Shown: positions 1-12,782, counted from the first letter of the stretch. The stretch is DNA of 64,000 bases from Candidatus Yanofskybacteria bacterium (GCA_016185545.1 JACPNJ010000002.1:51299-115298); one strand, 5' to 3'. The notes: generated from the letters alone by a model not told the origin. Numbers and translations: made by a program.

Positions 1-1
1 T

Positions 2-322
2 CGAGGCACACGATTGCATATGTGGGTTCAGGCCAAATTAACTAGTGAAGAATTGGATTATTTGCTCCTTAATAGACTTTGCTTTTTTACAAAAATTGAT
101 GAGGATGGTCATAGACAATATTTTTCTTTTAATGACTTCTCTGATATTTTTAATCAAACAGTAACAAAATTAATACAACATGACGAAAAATTCAGAGAAA
201 AAATGATTCTTGTAAGATTTAAACAATTTATTGAGGAAAAGAAAATAATAGAAGCCGGGGAAAGCAATGGTGAATTAGTATATCTTCCCGTTCATATTCC
301 TACTTATCAAAAATTGCTTTAA
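2..322 (+). CDS. hypothetical protein, probably 5'-truncated at the window edge
   Basis: ORF 14..322 (TTG start) stays open in frame back to the window start; no recognisable motifs. Confidence 0.4.
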   Translation, partial: RGTRLHMWVQAKLTSEELDYLLLNRLCFFTKIDEDGHRQYFSFNDFSDIFNQTVTKLIQHDEKFREKMILVRFKQFIEEKKIIEAGESNGELVYLPVHIPTYQKLL

Positions 323-611
323 CCTTAACAAAATTATCTTTACTATCCGGTACCGTTTTAATCAACTTCTCCGCATCCGCCGCTTGTTCGCCAAGCGGTT
401 TTTCATTTATTTTATCTTTACGCAAAATATTCTCCAAACCAGTAATGTGCGCGATGGGCTCTACATTATCAGTATTAACTTCCTTAAGCTTATCAATATA
501 ACCCAAAATCGCCCTGAGTTCCGAAGCCATTTTTTCTTTCTCTTTCTCGTTCAAGTGTATTCTGGCTAACTCAGCGATGTGCTCTACTTCTTTTTTATTG
601 ATATAGCTCAT
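300..611 (-). CDS. gatC: Asp/Glu-tRNA amidotransferase subunit C
   Basis: 103 aa; sequence typical of GatC (EVEHIAELARIHL...LRAILGYIDKLKEV...DNVEP). Confidence 0.8.
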   Translation of the reverse strand: MSYINKKEVEHIAELARIHLNEKEKEKMASELRAILGYIDKLKEVNTDNVEPIAHITGLENILRKDKINEKPLGEQAADAEKLIKTVPDSKDNFVKVKAIFDK

Positions 612-615
612 GATG

Positions 616-2685
<2,070 letters not shown>

Positions 2686-2723
2686 TCAAAAATTACCACA
2701 TTTTGGGTTAAATTAAAATGCCA

Positions 2724-2757
2724 AGAGGCTCAACCTCTTTAAAGAGGTTGAGCCTCT
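2724..2757. terminator. perfect 17-bp palindrome agaggctcaacctcttt/aaagaggttgagcctct between ligA and the surface-protein gene
   Basis: inverted repeat read directly; sits downstream of the minus-strand gene ending at 2802. Confidence 0.6.
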
Positions 2758-2801
2758 AAGTTGACTACTCCGCGTTTTCCGGCCTTCCACGCTTTTGTGG
2801 T

Positions 2802-5800
2802 TTATTTCGGGCTTACCTCCTCCCAGACAGGAATAGGTTTTTCAATACCAATTGGTTTAGTAAGGGCGCAAACATAACCATCTTTATCAGTTACGGTCTC
2901 GGTAATATTATACGTCCCAGTGGTGGTATAAGTATATGCTGGATTTTGCAAAGTTGAAGAAGGCGTGGGCGCGGGAGCTTTAAACAGCCAACTCCAAGCG
3001 CGCTGGCCTACACCACCGGCATCAAAAAACTGTGTCGTATCAGTAAACTGGACTGATTGGTTGACGGCTGGCTGTAATGGTGACCAAGAAAAATTAACCT
3101 TGGGATAAGCATGCTTTGGAGTTTTCCAGGAAGATGATACAGACCAATTGGAAACGGAATTTTGGGAATCCCAAACCCTTACTCTGGCTTTGAGCGTTTT
3201 ATCAAAGGGCAAGTTATTAGCAAAATATGATGTACCGCCAGATGATACCTTATTTGAATCAAACTCGGGAGAATTAAAAGACGCCAGATCATCAACCTGA
3301 ACCTGAAAAGCAGATTGCGGCTGTCCCTCCGGGTCAGAGTACACCCAACTTACGGTGGCGCCCGGACCGGAAACGCAATAATCTGATTCGGTAACGGTAA
3401 CGGAAGAAGCGGAAGGAGGCGAGGAGCACGCCTGTTGCAGCACCGGACCATAAACATTACTGGGAGTGGATTCATTAGAGCCTTTATAAAAAGTTACTAC
3501 ATAATAAGCGCTTTTACCAACGGCGGCAGGATTGAATATATTAAAATTAACCGGGCCGGTATCTGAGCTGGTAGAATTAACCCAACCGTTATCAACCGGA
3601 GGAACCCACTCGTCAATTTCGTTCCAATGTCCCGGAGTGATATCCTGGAAACCATTGGCAGGCAGGCTTGACAATAAAGTATAAGTGCGCCCGCCATAAT
3701 CCAAAGAAGGCCCGCCACTGGGCATGCCTTGATAGCTTGTCCAGACATGGAAACCATCCTCAATCACGGAATTGTCAAAAAAACTGGCGGGCATGTTAAA
3801 ATTACCGCCCGATGGAATACAGGACGCAGAAACAGAAATCGAAAAACTTGTCGGCCCACCATCCAACACTGTTAAATTAGTGAATCTGAAATCAGTATTA
3901 TTCAGACTATAAGCCACGGCATTGTCAACTGGGCTTTTGGCCTGCGCGCTGACCTGATAGGTTTTGCCAAGTTCGCTGTCCGGAACGCCGGCAGTACTTA
4001 CCGGAACGGAAACGGCATTGGCAGAACTGTTATTGCCGCAAGTCAGAGAAGGAAAGGTTTGCTGGCTGGCGCCGCTCACCAATCCGTTTAGCTTGTAAGT
4101 TAAAGTATAATTATTAAAAACCCAATCTGGGAAATTCGAACAATCCAACCAGACTTTAAATATCGCGGTGTCGCCTTTTTGCGGGGCAAGACTCGGGGGT
4201 GAAATGAAAACTTTAAAATTTGCCGGAATGACTGTTACGGTAATATTACCGAAAACATTACTTCCCGTGCTGCCCGTGGGAGGAAAACAAGCTACACTAA
4301 ATCCGGTGGTTTCGGCTAATGCAAAACTTTTATTCTCTGACCAGGCAAATGCCCCAAACTTTGACCCGTTCCAGTTGGGATTGGGCAAGCCGGTCACTAA
4401 TCCTACAGAACCCATTTTGCATTCAGAGGGAGTTTCTGATCCAATTAACTGATAAGCAACGGTTTCTGTCTGCCCGCTATTCACCGGATTAGGGAAAGCC
4501 TGCATTATAATATTTCCAAGATTAACAGTTTTCTGGCCGCCTTGAAGTATGCAGTTTGTCTTCACGCCAACATTGTCTTTCAAATTTATGATCCACTGCT
4601 GTCCTTCACCACCGACGGGCACTTGCAAAGTAAGGAAGGGCGCCTGCCAATCGGAATAATTGAAAGGTGGTCCGACTGACCAGAAATAAGGCGCTTGCCC
4701 TCCGCTGGCGGTAAAGGTAACTTTTCCTCCAGGCATACTAATACCTGTGGATGGCGAGCAAGTCAGGGTAAGAGGAACAGGAGTGGGGACGGGAGCAGCC
4801 ACCAACCTGACAATTACCGTGTCCGAGGCGCTGCCGCCTGGACCGGTTACGTTGTAGGTAATGGTATAAGTAAAACCGCCGGCGGTAGCACAGGTTGGAG
4901 TGGGAGGAATATTTCCGCCAGTTCCGGTAATCGTCCAATTGTTTGAATTGGTGTTGCCGCAAGGGTCAGGTGATGTTGGGCTAATAGTTAAAGTGGAACT
5001 GCCGGAAGTGGCATTGGCTGATGAGGTCCAAGAGTAACGTACGTTACCACCGGCAGTAATTGTTACATCGTCATCACTTTCGTCGTTAGCCACAAGATCT
5101 GCGGTAATGGTTTTAGGCAAGACGGAGGAAACATTCACTGTGGTAGTTGCTTCAGTAGACACGCCCTGCCTGTCAACAAGCGCATGCACTGTATAAATCC
5201 CGGCGGAAGGGTAATTACAAAGGTCAATTGCCGTATATGGTTCAAGGGCATTCGTGACATCGTGTTCGTATGTTCCATCATTTGTACAATCAAATCTGTA
5301 GCGAATATCGCCGACAGCGCTGCCTTCCACGTCAGCCGTTAAATCAACACCGTTAAGCGGAGCGGTACCGAAGGAAGGATTAGCAGAAAGAGAAACGGAA
5401 AGGGTAGGACATCCTGCCGCAGTATGAGTTACCATAATGCTATCCAAAACATTTGAAGTTCCTCCTTCAAGCAAGTAAAATGTCATGCCGTCGGTTACCT
5501 GATCACCGGAAGTTACTGTATAGTTGCCTGAAACGCCGGATGCAAACAGTTGGCCGATCGTCGGGCTATTTAAACGTATTTCCCAGCCGACATTGGCAAA
5601 ACCGGATAAAGTAGTGACGCCAGTAGTATCAGGCGAGCAGACCTGAATTGGATTGGGATCGGCAGAGATGGTGCCAATAGACGGAATATGGCTCGTGTTC
5701 ATGCCGACCATGGATACATTCGCATCATTTGCCAAAGAAATGCCAACCGCGACAATAACTTGTCCCAAGGGCGCTGTTATTTTACCTCTTATCCAACCGG

Positions 5801-6332
5801 GGAGATAACCTCGTTCGTTACAGGTACCGTCGAATGCGGCGCCCCAACCGGTTCTATTATTGATGTCGTTTAAAGGAGCGTATTCTTGATAATAACACTC
5901 ATCAGGTGGAAAACTGCTATCTCCTGAATGACCGCCGCCGGTTGCAGCGCCCCAGGTCCAACCTGTTGTGTAATGATCCGGTATGGGCTCAACTCTGGGG
6001 CCTGGATTGCCGTCGTCACCACCGCCAGAAGGACAGATAGTAGTTTGATAAAACGATACCGCGGTAAAGTCTACCAATCCGTTAGAATCAACCGGGGCTG
6101 TCCTGATAAATACCGAACAACGGTCGTCATCCGATCCATAAGCAATGGCAGTCAAGCCAAATCCGTCGGGCACGGTCTGAAGACCGCCGGCACTAGCGGG
6201 ATTTGTTCCCGACCACTCAGCATACTGCGTGGGATGGGCCGAAGCTTCCGGAGAAATGACAAAAAAAACAACGGTACCAATAAGAACAGTACAAATAATT
6301 ACTAAAGATTTTATGATAAACTTGCGGTTCAT
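2802..6332 (-). CDS. large secreted cell-surface protein with PKD/Ig-like repeats
   Basis: 1176 aa; N-terminal signal peptide/TM (KSLVIICTVLIGTVVFFVISPEASA); Thr/Ser/Gly-rich beta-repeat architecture; C-terminal PKD-like segment (VNFSWSP...GTYNITETVTDKDG). Confidence 0.7.
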   Translation of the reverse strand: MNRKFIIKSLVIICTVLIGTVVFFVISPEASAHPTQYAEWSGTNPASAGGLQTVPDGFGLTAIAYGSDDDRCSVFIRTAPVDSNGLVDFTAVSFYQTTICPSGGGDDGNPGPRVEPIPDHYTTGWTWGAATGGGHSGDSSFPPDECYYQEYAPLNDINNRTGWGAAFDGTCNERGYLPGWIRGKITAPLGQVIVAVGISLANDANVSMVGMNTSHIPSIGTISADPNPIQVCSPDTTGVTTLSGFANVGWEIRLNSPTIGQLFASGVSGNYTVTSGDQVTDGMTFYLLEGGTSNVLDSIMVTHTAAGCPTLSVSLSANPSFGTAPLNGVDLTADVEGSAVGDIRYRFDCTNDGTYEHDVTNALEPYTAIDLCNYPSAGIYTVHALVDRQGVSTEATTTVNVSSVLPKTITADLVANDESDDDVTITAGGNVRYSWTSSANATSGSSTLTISPTSPDPCGNTNSNNWTITGTGGNIPPTPTCATAGGFTYTITYNVTGPGGSASDTVIVRLVAAPVPTPVPLTLTCSPSTGISMPGGKVTFTASGGQAPYFWSVGPPFNYSDWQAPFLTLQVPVGGEGQQWIINLKDNVGVKTNCILQGGQKTVNLGNIIMQAFPNPVNSGQTETVAYQLIGSETPSECKMGSVGLVTGLPNPNWNGSKFGAFAWSENKSFALAETTGFSVACFPPTGSTGSNVFGNITVTVIPANFKVFISPPSLAPQKGDTAIFKVWLDCSNFPDWVFNNYTLTYKLNGLVSGASQQTFPSLTCGNNSSANAVSVPVSTAGVPDSELGKTYQVSAQAKSPVDNAVAYSLNNTDFRFTNLTVLDGGPTSFSISVSASCIPSGGNFNMPASFFDNSVIEDGFHVWTSYQGMPSGGPSLDYGGRTYTLLSSLPANGFQDITPGHWNEIDEWVPPVDNGWVNSTSSDTGPVNFNIFNPAAVGKSAYYVVTFYKGSNESTPSNVYGPVLQQACSSPPSASSVTVTESDYCVSGPGATVSWVYSDPEGQPQSAFQVQVDDLASFNSPEFDSNKVSSGGTSYFANNLPFDKTLKARVRVWDSQNSVSNWSVSSSWKTPKHAYPKVNFSWSPLQPAVNQSVQFTDTTQFFDAGGVGQRAWSWLFKAPAPTPSSTLQNPAYTYTTTGTYNITETVTDKDGYVCALTKPIGIEKPIPVWEEVSPK

Positions 6333-6335
6333 TTT

Positions 6336-6848
6336 TTAGTTTTGTTTTTTGGCAATAATAATTGTCACTACCGTCTCTTCAGTGCCGGCGTAAATAGTAA
6401 TATTCAGTTTTTCGTCATCGCCCTTGCTTGCAAACAAAGCCATGGAAAGACCGTCTTCTTCTGACTTTACGGTAAAGCCATTGCGCGCCGCATAGTCTTT
6501 CAAAACATCAAAAGTTTCTTTAATATCTTGCCGGGTAACATAAGAGTAAGCGATCAGGTTATAATCGGGATCGGGCGGTTGATTCTGTGAACTCCTGACA
6601 GAGCTTTGCAAGACTCGCACCGGTTTGGGGTCTATGGGCATATCAGATGGGAAACCCTCTGGAAGCTCGTTCCCGAAATTAATCTGATTCTGGGGGTTTA
6701 AAACTTCGACCGGCGGCTTATCCATCAGCACTACTTCATCCGGCTGCCAGCCGATAGGTTTGGATCTAAATTCGGTAATATACAAAAAAACGGCGATTAT
6801 AATCGCAAGAATAATAATCAGGATTAGATTTTTTTTACTTAAAATCAC
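6336..6848 (-). CDS. membrane-anchored hypothetical protein
   Basis: 170 aa; N-terminal TM helix (LILIIILAIIIAVFLYI); no catalytic motifs. Confidence 0.5.
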   Translation of the reverse strand: MILSKKNLILIIILAIIIAVFLYITEFRSKPIGWQPDEVVLMDKPPVEVLNPQNQINFGNELPEGFPSDMPIDPKPVRVLQSSVRSSQNQPPDPDYNLIAYSYVTRQDIKETFDVLKDYAARNGFTVKSEEDGLSMALFASKGDDEKLNITIYAGTEETVVTIIIAKKQN

Positions 6849-6988
6849 TGCTTAAATAATACCACAGTTCATTTATCAATGTTATCCACATAGAAAACAC
6901 ATTTAAATACATGCTATCCGGTTGGTGCAACCCACCTAATACCGAATGCAGTTAAAAAAACCCTGACTCATTAAATCGTTTTACCGAT

Positions 6989-8533
6989 TCAATAAATCAG
7001 GGTATCAATCTCTCCCCTATCCAGGGCAACGTTAATGAGGGAACCGGAAAACTTGGGTATGTCGGGTATTAGGGAACTGGCGAAAAAACCTAAACCGGAA
7101 TCTTTATCTTCCCGGCCTCTGGTGAACATAAGGTTAGCATAAACACCAGGAAAATAATCATCCAGCTGGTTTGAGTGAGGAAGGCCAAGCATGTGACCTA
7201 TTTCATGCGCTGCAGCTTCCACACTACTCGCTATTTTCCAACGAGTAAGACCGCGAATAGTGTCAGCATTGCATGGAAAACAACTTTTGTAATCTTTATT
7301 CCTTAAGTAATCTGCATTAAGGTTTTTAAAGGAATATTCGGGAAAAGTGTTGCTTCTTCCGATTGTAAACATGGCGAAACTATACCCACCAAAAGCGATT
7401 TCTATTCCATTAGTCTGAATAGCAATGAGCAGGTTTCTATTCGGATAAACAGCTGCCAATTCCGCCAGCATCTTGTTGAGGCCATTGCCAGTGGTGGGAT
7501 TGTTAAAATCCGTGTAAACAACTAGATTTTCTTGGCCGTTTACCAGACCCACACTGACTTTCTGGTCAAAATCGCGAGCGAAATCAACCGAAGAAGTGAG
7601 GTCCTGCTGACCGGAGCGTTGAAGTTCTATGTCATACCAGTTGAGAACTTCTTGAGCGAGGAACCGCAGGCCACTAACATAATCGGGATCGGACGCGATG
7701 CCTTTCGGCACGAAGTAAACAGCCTGAATTGAATGCTTGCTAATCTCGGCCATGTCAAGATATCGCGGCGGGAGGGGTGAGGCATTATCCATCAGGAAGG
7801 CGCCGTTCGGTTGCCCTTCAAATTCCAGCGCCAAGACACTGATATTTCGTTCGGCCACCACTTCAACCGTGCCATGAAATTCTTCTCGGCCATTGAGGAA
7901 CTCCGGAAAGAAAGCCGTCCAATCAAGCAGTTCAGCGATGTGGCTTCTGGGCTGGAGCGTAATTCTTTTTTGGGTAACTTTTATGCCACCCTCATCAACC
8001 AGAGTCAAGTCAACGTAACTTGGCTTGTCCTGCGAATTAGCCAAGGCGATACCGGTGTTTCGCCAAAAAGCCGGATGTTTGACGTAATTGGCGAAAATTG
8101 TGAACGCCCTCCGGGTGGGGCTGGGCGGAACCGCGGTCCTGATTCTGAAAGCCGGGTAGTGGTACTCAATCTTTCCGGCAATCCTAACATCGGACTCAAC
8201 TATGGCCAAGCCCTGGGTTGAACCAGTACTTCGGCCAAGTGTTGTTATCGTAATTGCTCCCCCCTTGGGGAGGCCAAATGTTAACGGCGTCATGCCCTTG
8301 TCAGTTTCAACAGCCACTTCGTTGCCAAAGTTATTGTAGAACCGCAGGGTTGCTCTGCCGGCATGGGTCCGCAAAAGGTTTGTAAATTGAAACTTATTGA
8401 ACCACCCATCTCCGTCTGTCCAGTGAGGAAAGTGGAGAGTTGTTTTTAATGGCGATTCTTGATCTTGAGCAAATACTGGCGAAACTACAAAAAATAACAA
8501 AACCGCAAATACAACAGCAAGTAATTTTTTCAT
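6989..8533 (-). CDS. secreted metzincin-like zinc metalloprotease
   Basis: 514 aa; signal peptide (MKKLLAVVFAVLLFFVVSPVFA); HExxHxxGxxH motif (HEIGHMLGLPHS). Confidence 0.7.
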   Translation of the reverse strand: MKKLLAVVFAVLLFFVVSPVFAQDQESPLKTTLHFPHWTDGDGWFNKFQFTNLLRTHAGRATLRFYNNFGNEVAVETDKGMTPLTFGLPKGGAITITTLGRSTGSTQGLAIVESDVRIAGKIEYHYPAFRIRTAVPPSPTRRAFTIFANYVKHPAFWRNTGIALANSQDKPSYVDLTLVDEGGIKVTQKRITLQPRSHIAELLDWTAFFPEFLNGREEFHGTVEVVAERNISVLALEFEGQPNGAFLMDNASPLPPRYLDMAEISKHSIQAVYFVPKGIASDPDYVSGLRFLAQEVLNWYDIELQRSGQQDLTSSVDFARDFDQKVSVGLVNGQENLVVYTDFNNPTTGNGLNKMLAELAAVYPNRNLLIAIQTNGIEIAFGGYSFAMFTIGRSNTFPEYSFKNLNADYLRNKDYKSCFPCNADTIRGLTRWKIASSVEAAAHEIGHMLGLPHSNQLDDYFPGVYANLMFTRGREDKDSGLGFFASSLIPDIPKFSGSLINVALDRGEIDTLIY

Positions 8534-8611
8534 GGTTTTTCTCCTTGTTTTGAAAGTACTTTCCTACATATTCCCATATTAGCACAAAAATAAACAAAGG
8601 TCAAATTAAAG

Positions 8612-8662
8612 AGAAACTTAGAGGCTCAACCTCTCAAGAGAGGTTGAGCCTCTAAGTTTCTA
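8612..8662. terminator. ~23-bp stem hairpin gaaacttagaggctcaacctctc/gagaggttgagcctctaagtttc, same palindromic family as 2724..2757
   Basis: inverted repeat read directly; downstream of the metzincin gene. Confidence 0.6.
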
Positions 8663-8686
8663 AGCCGTAGTTTATAGTTTTATGGT

Positions 8687-9097
8687 TTATATGTTCACCT
8701 CAAATGATCTGGTTACACCCCGGTAAGTACCGGTAGATTTAATCGGGAATGCTGCACAATCGGCCTCTATGAACGGGGCATTGGTAGCGCCATTAATAAA
8801 AGTCGCGCCGTTGCTCATAGTCGGCTGCGCGGTTGAACCGACCCTATTAATGTATAAGCACCATTCAATCCCGCTTTCAGCCGCATATAACGCTCCTACT
8901 GAACTTTTGACATCAGAAGACACTCGTATTTTGGGAATAAAAATCGCTGAGAGCGTAAGGCTGATGGTTAACAAAATATCCATTAAGAGTATGGCAAAAA
9001 TAACGGCTACCCCTTCTTGACCAGGTTTTAGGTTTTGGGTTATCCTCCTTCGCATAAAGCTTCGGATGGACACCGTAGGTTTTAGGTTAAAAATCAT
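8687..9097 (-). CDS. hypothetical small membrane protein at the distal end of the pilus locus
   Basis: 136 aa with one TM segment; predicted N-terminus is encoded by heptamer-repeat DNA, so the true start is probably downstream. Confidence 0.35.
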   Translation of the reverse strand: MIFNLKPTVSIRSFMRRRITQNLKPGQEGVAVIFAILLMDILLTISLTLSAIFIPKIRVSSDVKSSVGALYAAESGIEWCLYINRVGSTAQPTMSNGATFINGATNAPFIEADCAAFPIKSTGTYRGVTRSFEVNI

Positions 9098-9152
9098 AAA
9101 TTGAGCAGGTTATAGGTTATAGCAACCCACTCTATTACCTGTCAGCTTTCAC

Positions 9153-9674
9153 CTAATTTGAAAGAAATCTCTGCGATACTGTAGTCTGTATATCTATTGT
9201 CGCCTGCTGTCTGGTTTTGGCACTTCTAAGACTAGCAATAATGGTAACGTGCGGCTGTCGTTGATCGTCAACACTAATACCGGAAGGACAAAACTCTAAA
9301 CGAGTAAATTCAACAGTATTGGAACTTATAACACTATCGGTGCCATTTACTATCCGATGGACTGCATTTCCTGAAAGCGCATAGGTAATGCTTCCATTAA
9401 CCGGATGGGTAATACTCAAAGTATTTACGGGACAATCGGAAGCCGGACCGACAATTTGGCTCACGCGAATTTCTTTGGTCATAAATTCAAGAATAAAACC
9501 GGCATTTTCTACCGCTTGTTGAAGATTAAACGCCCGTCTTTGCAAATCCAAAGAGCTGATAAAAACTCCACCCATTAAAACTGCCAACACAGAAAACAAG
9601 AAAACAACCAAGATGGTTTCAACCAGGGTAAAACCAGCGTTTAGCGTTGAGTGTTTAGCGTTTAGAAATTTCAA
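9153..9674 (-). CDS. prepilin-type minor pilin/pseudopilin
   Basis: N-terminal cleavage/methylation motif GFTLVE followed by a hydrophobic helix. Confidence 0.7.
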   Translation of the reverse strand: MKFLNAKHSTLNAGFTLVETILVVFLFSVLAVLMGGVFISSLDLQRRAFNLQQAVENAGFILEFMTKEIRVSQIVGPASDCPVNTLSITHPVNGSITYALSGNAVHRIVNGTDSVISSNTVEFTRLEFCPSGISVDDQRQPHVTIIASLRSAKTRQQATIDIQTTVSQRFLSN

Positions 9675-9752
9675 TCAAGCTAGCGTTTAACGTTTAGCAT
9701 TTAGCGTTTAGTAAGTTCGACTATACGCTAGCCGCTAATCGCTAATTGCTCT
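9636..9752. repeat. TAGCGTT heptamer tandem array with a complementary GCTAATC arm (hairpin)
   Basis: tagcgtt units repeated more than 8 times, then gctaatcgctaattgc; overlaps the 5' end of the pilin gene. Confidence 0.7.
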
Positions 9753-10256
9753 TTATTTCCAGTTAAAAAGATGCTCCTCCGCGCTGATTGACTTGGACGC
9801 TCCACCACGTTCAATCCAAACTACATCCACAACAATTTTTTTCTCTACATCAGCAACCACGGTGTCAATTTCAATAGTGCGTTTAAATATCGTATCGCTG
9901 CCCATATCATAACTAAAAATACCGCTACCAGGATCTCTTTTTAAATTCGGATTGCTACCCAAGTCAATTAGTGCTTGTGAATCCCATTGAATCCTGTAGG
10001 TGCCATCGGGTATTGATGAACCAAAAGGACCGCCCAAAAACCAGTCTTGGTCACGCAGGTTTCGCACCACTTCAAACCCCTCTTGCGCAAGACCGCTAGC
10101 AATAAAATTATTTTTGATAGCGGTGGCACTTCTGTTGTTCATTGTCAAAATGAAAGTTGTCGCCGTAGAGGCCAAACCAAAAAGAAAAATAGCAATTAGA
10201 ACCTCAATCAACGTAAACCCATTTTTGATTTTTGATTTTTGATTTTTGATTTTCAT
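9753..10256 (-). CDS. prepilin-type minor pilin
   Basis: N-terminal GFTLIEVLIAIFLFGL motif. Confidence 0.7.
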   Translation of the reverse strand: MKIKNQKSKIKNGFTLIEVLIAIFLFGLASTATTFILTMNNRSATAIKNNFIASGLAQEGFEVVRNLRDQDWFLGGPFGSSIPDGTYRIQWDSQALIDLGSNPNLKRDPGSGIFSYDMGSDTIFKRTIEIDTVVADVEKKIVVDVVWIERGGASKSISAEEHLFNWK

Positions 10257-10822
10257 TTAAGATCTATCTGTCCTGACGTAAAAACATTTATTTCCGTGCA
10301 GGTGTTTTGCGCGCAATTATTCTGGTTTTTAAGCTGAATGGTTAAAGTTGCGGGTGGGATATTCAAAGAAGATTTGTTATTTATATATGTCTTCGGATCC
10401 GGTGGTTCAAAGAATATGTCATTAAATGATGAACGAAATTCCATGTTAGTATTGATTAAAATTTTATTTTCCGTGATCGGGTCGCCCGACTGATAGTTGT
10501 GGGTAGCGACCGAAGAACACGGCCCTGAAACTGGCACTGTTTTGACATAAATAAAATAAGAAGTTGGGTTTACATAATGAAAGCCGTAGCCGCATACCAG
10601 GTTACCCTGATAGCGGCTACCGGATAAAGCAAGGGACTGCGCCCTGCGAATATCCGACAAAACCACGGAGGCCGTTTGGACACGGGCGGTCTTACTTGTG
10701 GGCGATGACCTGAAATTTAAAATTAAAACCACTGAAAAAGTGGCAATAATAGCACTTACAACGAGTAACTCTATTATACTAAACCCGCCGTTCCCTGTAA
10801 TTATACCCCTCTCTTTTTTCAA
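10253..10822 (-). CDS. prepilin-type minor pilin
   Basis: N-terminal GFSIIELLVVSAII motif. Confidence 0.65.
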   Translation of the reverse strand: MKKERGIITGNGGFSIIELLVVSAIIATFSVVLILNFRSSPTSKTARVQTASVVLSDIRRAQSLALSGSRYQGNLVCGYGFHYVNPTSYFIYVKTVPVSGPCSSVATHNYQSGDPITENKILINTNMEFRSSFNDIFFEPPDPKTYINNKSSLNIPPATLTIQLKNQNNCAQNTCTEINVFTSGQIDLK

Positions 10823-10825
10823 CGA

Positions 10826-10905
10826 AGGTGTCAGGTGTCAGGTGTCAGGTGTCAGGTTTAATTTTCTGTAACCTGAAACCTGTAACCTGCAACCTAAAAC
10901 CTAAT
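10826..10905. repeat. GTCAGGT x4 heptamer array plus complementary ACCTGAA/ACCTGTA arm (hairpin)
   Basis: ggtgtcaggtgtcaggtgtcaggtgtcagg ... aacctgaaacctgtaacctgcaacct. Confidence 0.7.
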
Positions 10906-11309
10906 TATTCGTATTTTACCTCAATCAAATCTCCGGTTTTAATTTTAATTTTATTTATATCTGCCGTATTGACCGATTTTTTATTCAAATAAAAATTCCA
11001 AGTCAGGTTTCCAGGGTTAGTTGTACCATCTATTTTGGTCAGAACCACGCCGCTATTTTCCTGAATTGTGTACCTTAATTCAAAATCGCCGCCCAATGAA
11101 GAAGAATACAGGGCTTCAAGAATACTCATGTCGGCCATTACGGGACCCTTGAATTTTCTGCTCTTGCCGTTTTCAAAATTTATCACCATCTGCGCTTCGG
11201 CGCTTGCCTCAGGCAAGTTAAACTTAAAATAGAAAAAAACTCCGCCCAAAACTAAAATAGCAACTCCCGCGATCAAACTATTTCTTAATATTTTGTTAAT
11301 CTTACCCAT
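10905..11309 (-). CDS. hypothetical membrane-anchored protein
   Basis: 134 aa; N-terminal TM; 1-nt start/stop overlap with pilD. Confidence 0.45.
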   Translation of the reverse strand: MGKINKILRNSLIAGVAILVLGGVFFYFKFNLPEASAEAQMVINFENGKSRKFKGPVMADMSILEALYSSSLGGDFELRYTIQENSGVVLTKIDGTTNPGNLTWNFYLNKKSVNTADINKIKIKTGDLIEVKYE

Positions 11310-12109
11310 TACTTCAAAATAAATGGTACCGAAAAGAATAATGGCTTTATTTTTTCCAAAATCCCCTGGCCTAAGAAAATATAAGCGGTTGCAGAAAAAC
11401 TAATAAATGTTCCCAGTGGCAGCTTTGTTTTTAGGTTTGCCCGATAACTTGCTAACAAAACCAGCCCCGCCACCGTTCCCGCTATTATCGCGCCGTAAAT
11501 TATAATCAACCCGCCCCAAAGCCCAAAAATCAATCCAATCAGACCGGCCAATTTGGCGTCACCCAGTCCAAGCCAAGTTCCTCTTGATAAAAACCAAAGA
11601 AGAAAAAACGCTGAAAATAAAACGGCCGCACCGATAAAATTGTTAAAAGAAAAAATATTAAACCCGTAACCGCTAAATACCTGTTCAAAAATTCCATACC
11701 ACAAGACACCAAAAATCATTACGATCATTATTGAATCCGGCAGAATAAAATTTTTAAGATCAATCAGGGCGAGTATGAATAAAGATTCTAAAATAAAAAC
11801 CGTAAATAACCAATCAACAACTCCGGCCCGGTTAGTGAAGTAGAAAGACAGTAAAAAAATAGTTCCGGAATACAACTCAACCGCCGGGTACAGCCAAGAA
11901 ATCGGCTGGCGGCATTGCCGACATTGAGCTTTCAGCAAGAAAAAACTAACAACCGGGATTAAATCATGCCACGATATTTTTTTACGGCAGTTCGGACAAG
12001 CAGACCGTCCCCAAAAAATCCCCCACCCGCGCGGAACTCTGTAAATAACAACATTAGCAAAACTACCGACAACCAGACCAAGGAGGAAGATATAAATGAA
12101 CAGCAACAA
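11309..12109 (-). CDS. pilD: prepilin peptidase (A24 family)
   Basis: N-terminal CxxC...CxxC zinc-binding region (CPNCRKK...CRQCRQ); polytopic membrane protein of typical length. Confidence 0.85.
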   Translation of the reverse strand: MLLFIYIFLLGLVVGSFANVVIYRVPRGWGIFWGRSACPNCRKKISWHDLIPVVSFFLLKAQCRQCRQPISWLYPAVELYSGTIFLLSFYFTNRAGVVDWLFTVFILESLFILALIDLKNFILPDSIMIVMIFGVLWYGIFEQVFSGYGFNIFSFNNFIGAAVLFSAFFLLWFLSRGTWLGLGDAKLAGLIGLIFGLWGGLIIIYGAIIAGTVAGLVLLASYRANLKTKLPLGTFISFSATAYIFLGQGILEKIKPLFFSVPFILK

Positions 12110-12215
12110 AGTTTATAAAGTTCATCAAGTTCATAAAGTTTATCAAGCAAAAAACAACATTACTTTATTACTTTATAAACTTTTAACTTCAGGAACTTTT
12201 AACTAGCGCTTCGCG

Positions 12216-12782
12216 CTAATTCTGTCCTGCATCGTATATGCAATCATTTACAGCTGTCGTACATGTTTCAGTGATGCCAGGTGTGTCTGCCCCCCCCGAC
12301 GGAATCCCCCAGCCAACAACAGGTATGTCCCCGTCACTTTGAAGAGCGTTTCTGTTGTTTTGCTCTAACTCTGCCGAAACCCGCATCTTGGTTGGAGTGG
12401 TAGCTGGATCGGCAGTATATTCATAACACCTTACAGAAGCAGTTACGGCTCCGCTAAGCGTATTCGTGCAACCAACGGCCAACGGGTCTCGTGGAATATT
12501 TGTTAAGTAGGTCGGTGTGAGAGGGGTCATATCGGTCGTAACCATGTATTTACCTAGGTCATCAAAATAAAGCTCCAATGCCGAACGGATCTGATTAACA
12601 TCAGCAATACGCTTGGCATCTCTGGCCTTGGCGCGCGCCACGCCTAATTGCAACAATAACAAAGTTGCCAAAATTGAAATAATGGCAATAACAACCAACA
12701 ATTCGACCAGAGTGAAACCACGCATATCCTTTCTGCCCAGGTTAGGACTCTTAAAACCCAAAAAACTTAAAAGATTCGACAC
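12216..12782 (-). CDS. pilA: type IV pilin, probable major pilin
   Basis: RGFTLVELLVVIAIISILA class III signal/pilin N-terminus. Confidence 0.8.
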   Translation of the reverse strand: MSNLLSFLGFKSPNLGRKDMRGFTLVELLVVIAIISILATLLLLQLGVARAKARDAKRIADVNQIRSALELYFDDLGKYMVTTDMTPLTPTYLTNIPRDPLAVGCTNTLSGAVTASVRCYEYTADPATTPTKMRVSAELEQNNRNALQSDGDIPVVGWGIPSGGADTPGITETCTTAVNDCIYDAGQN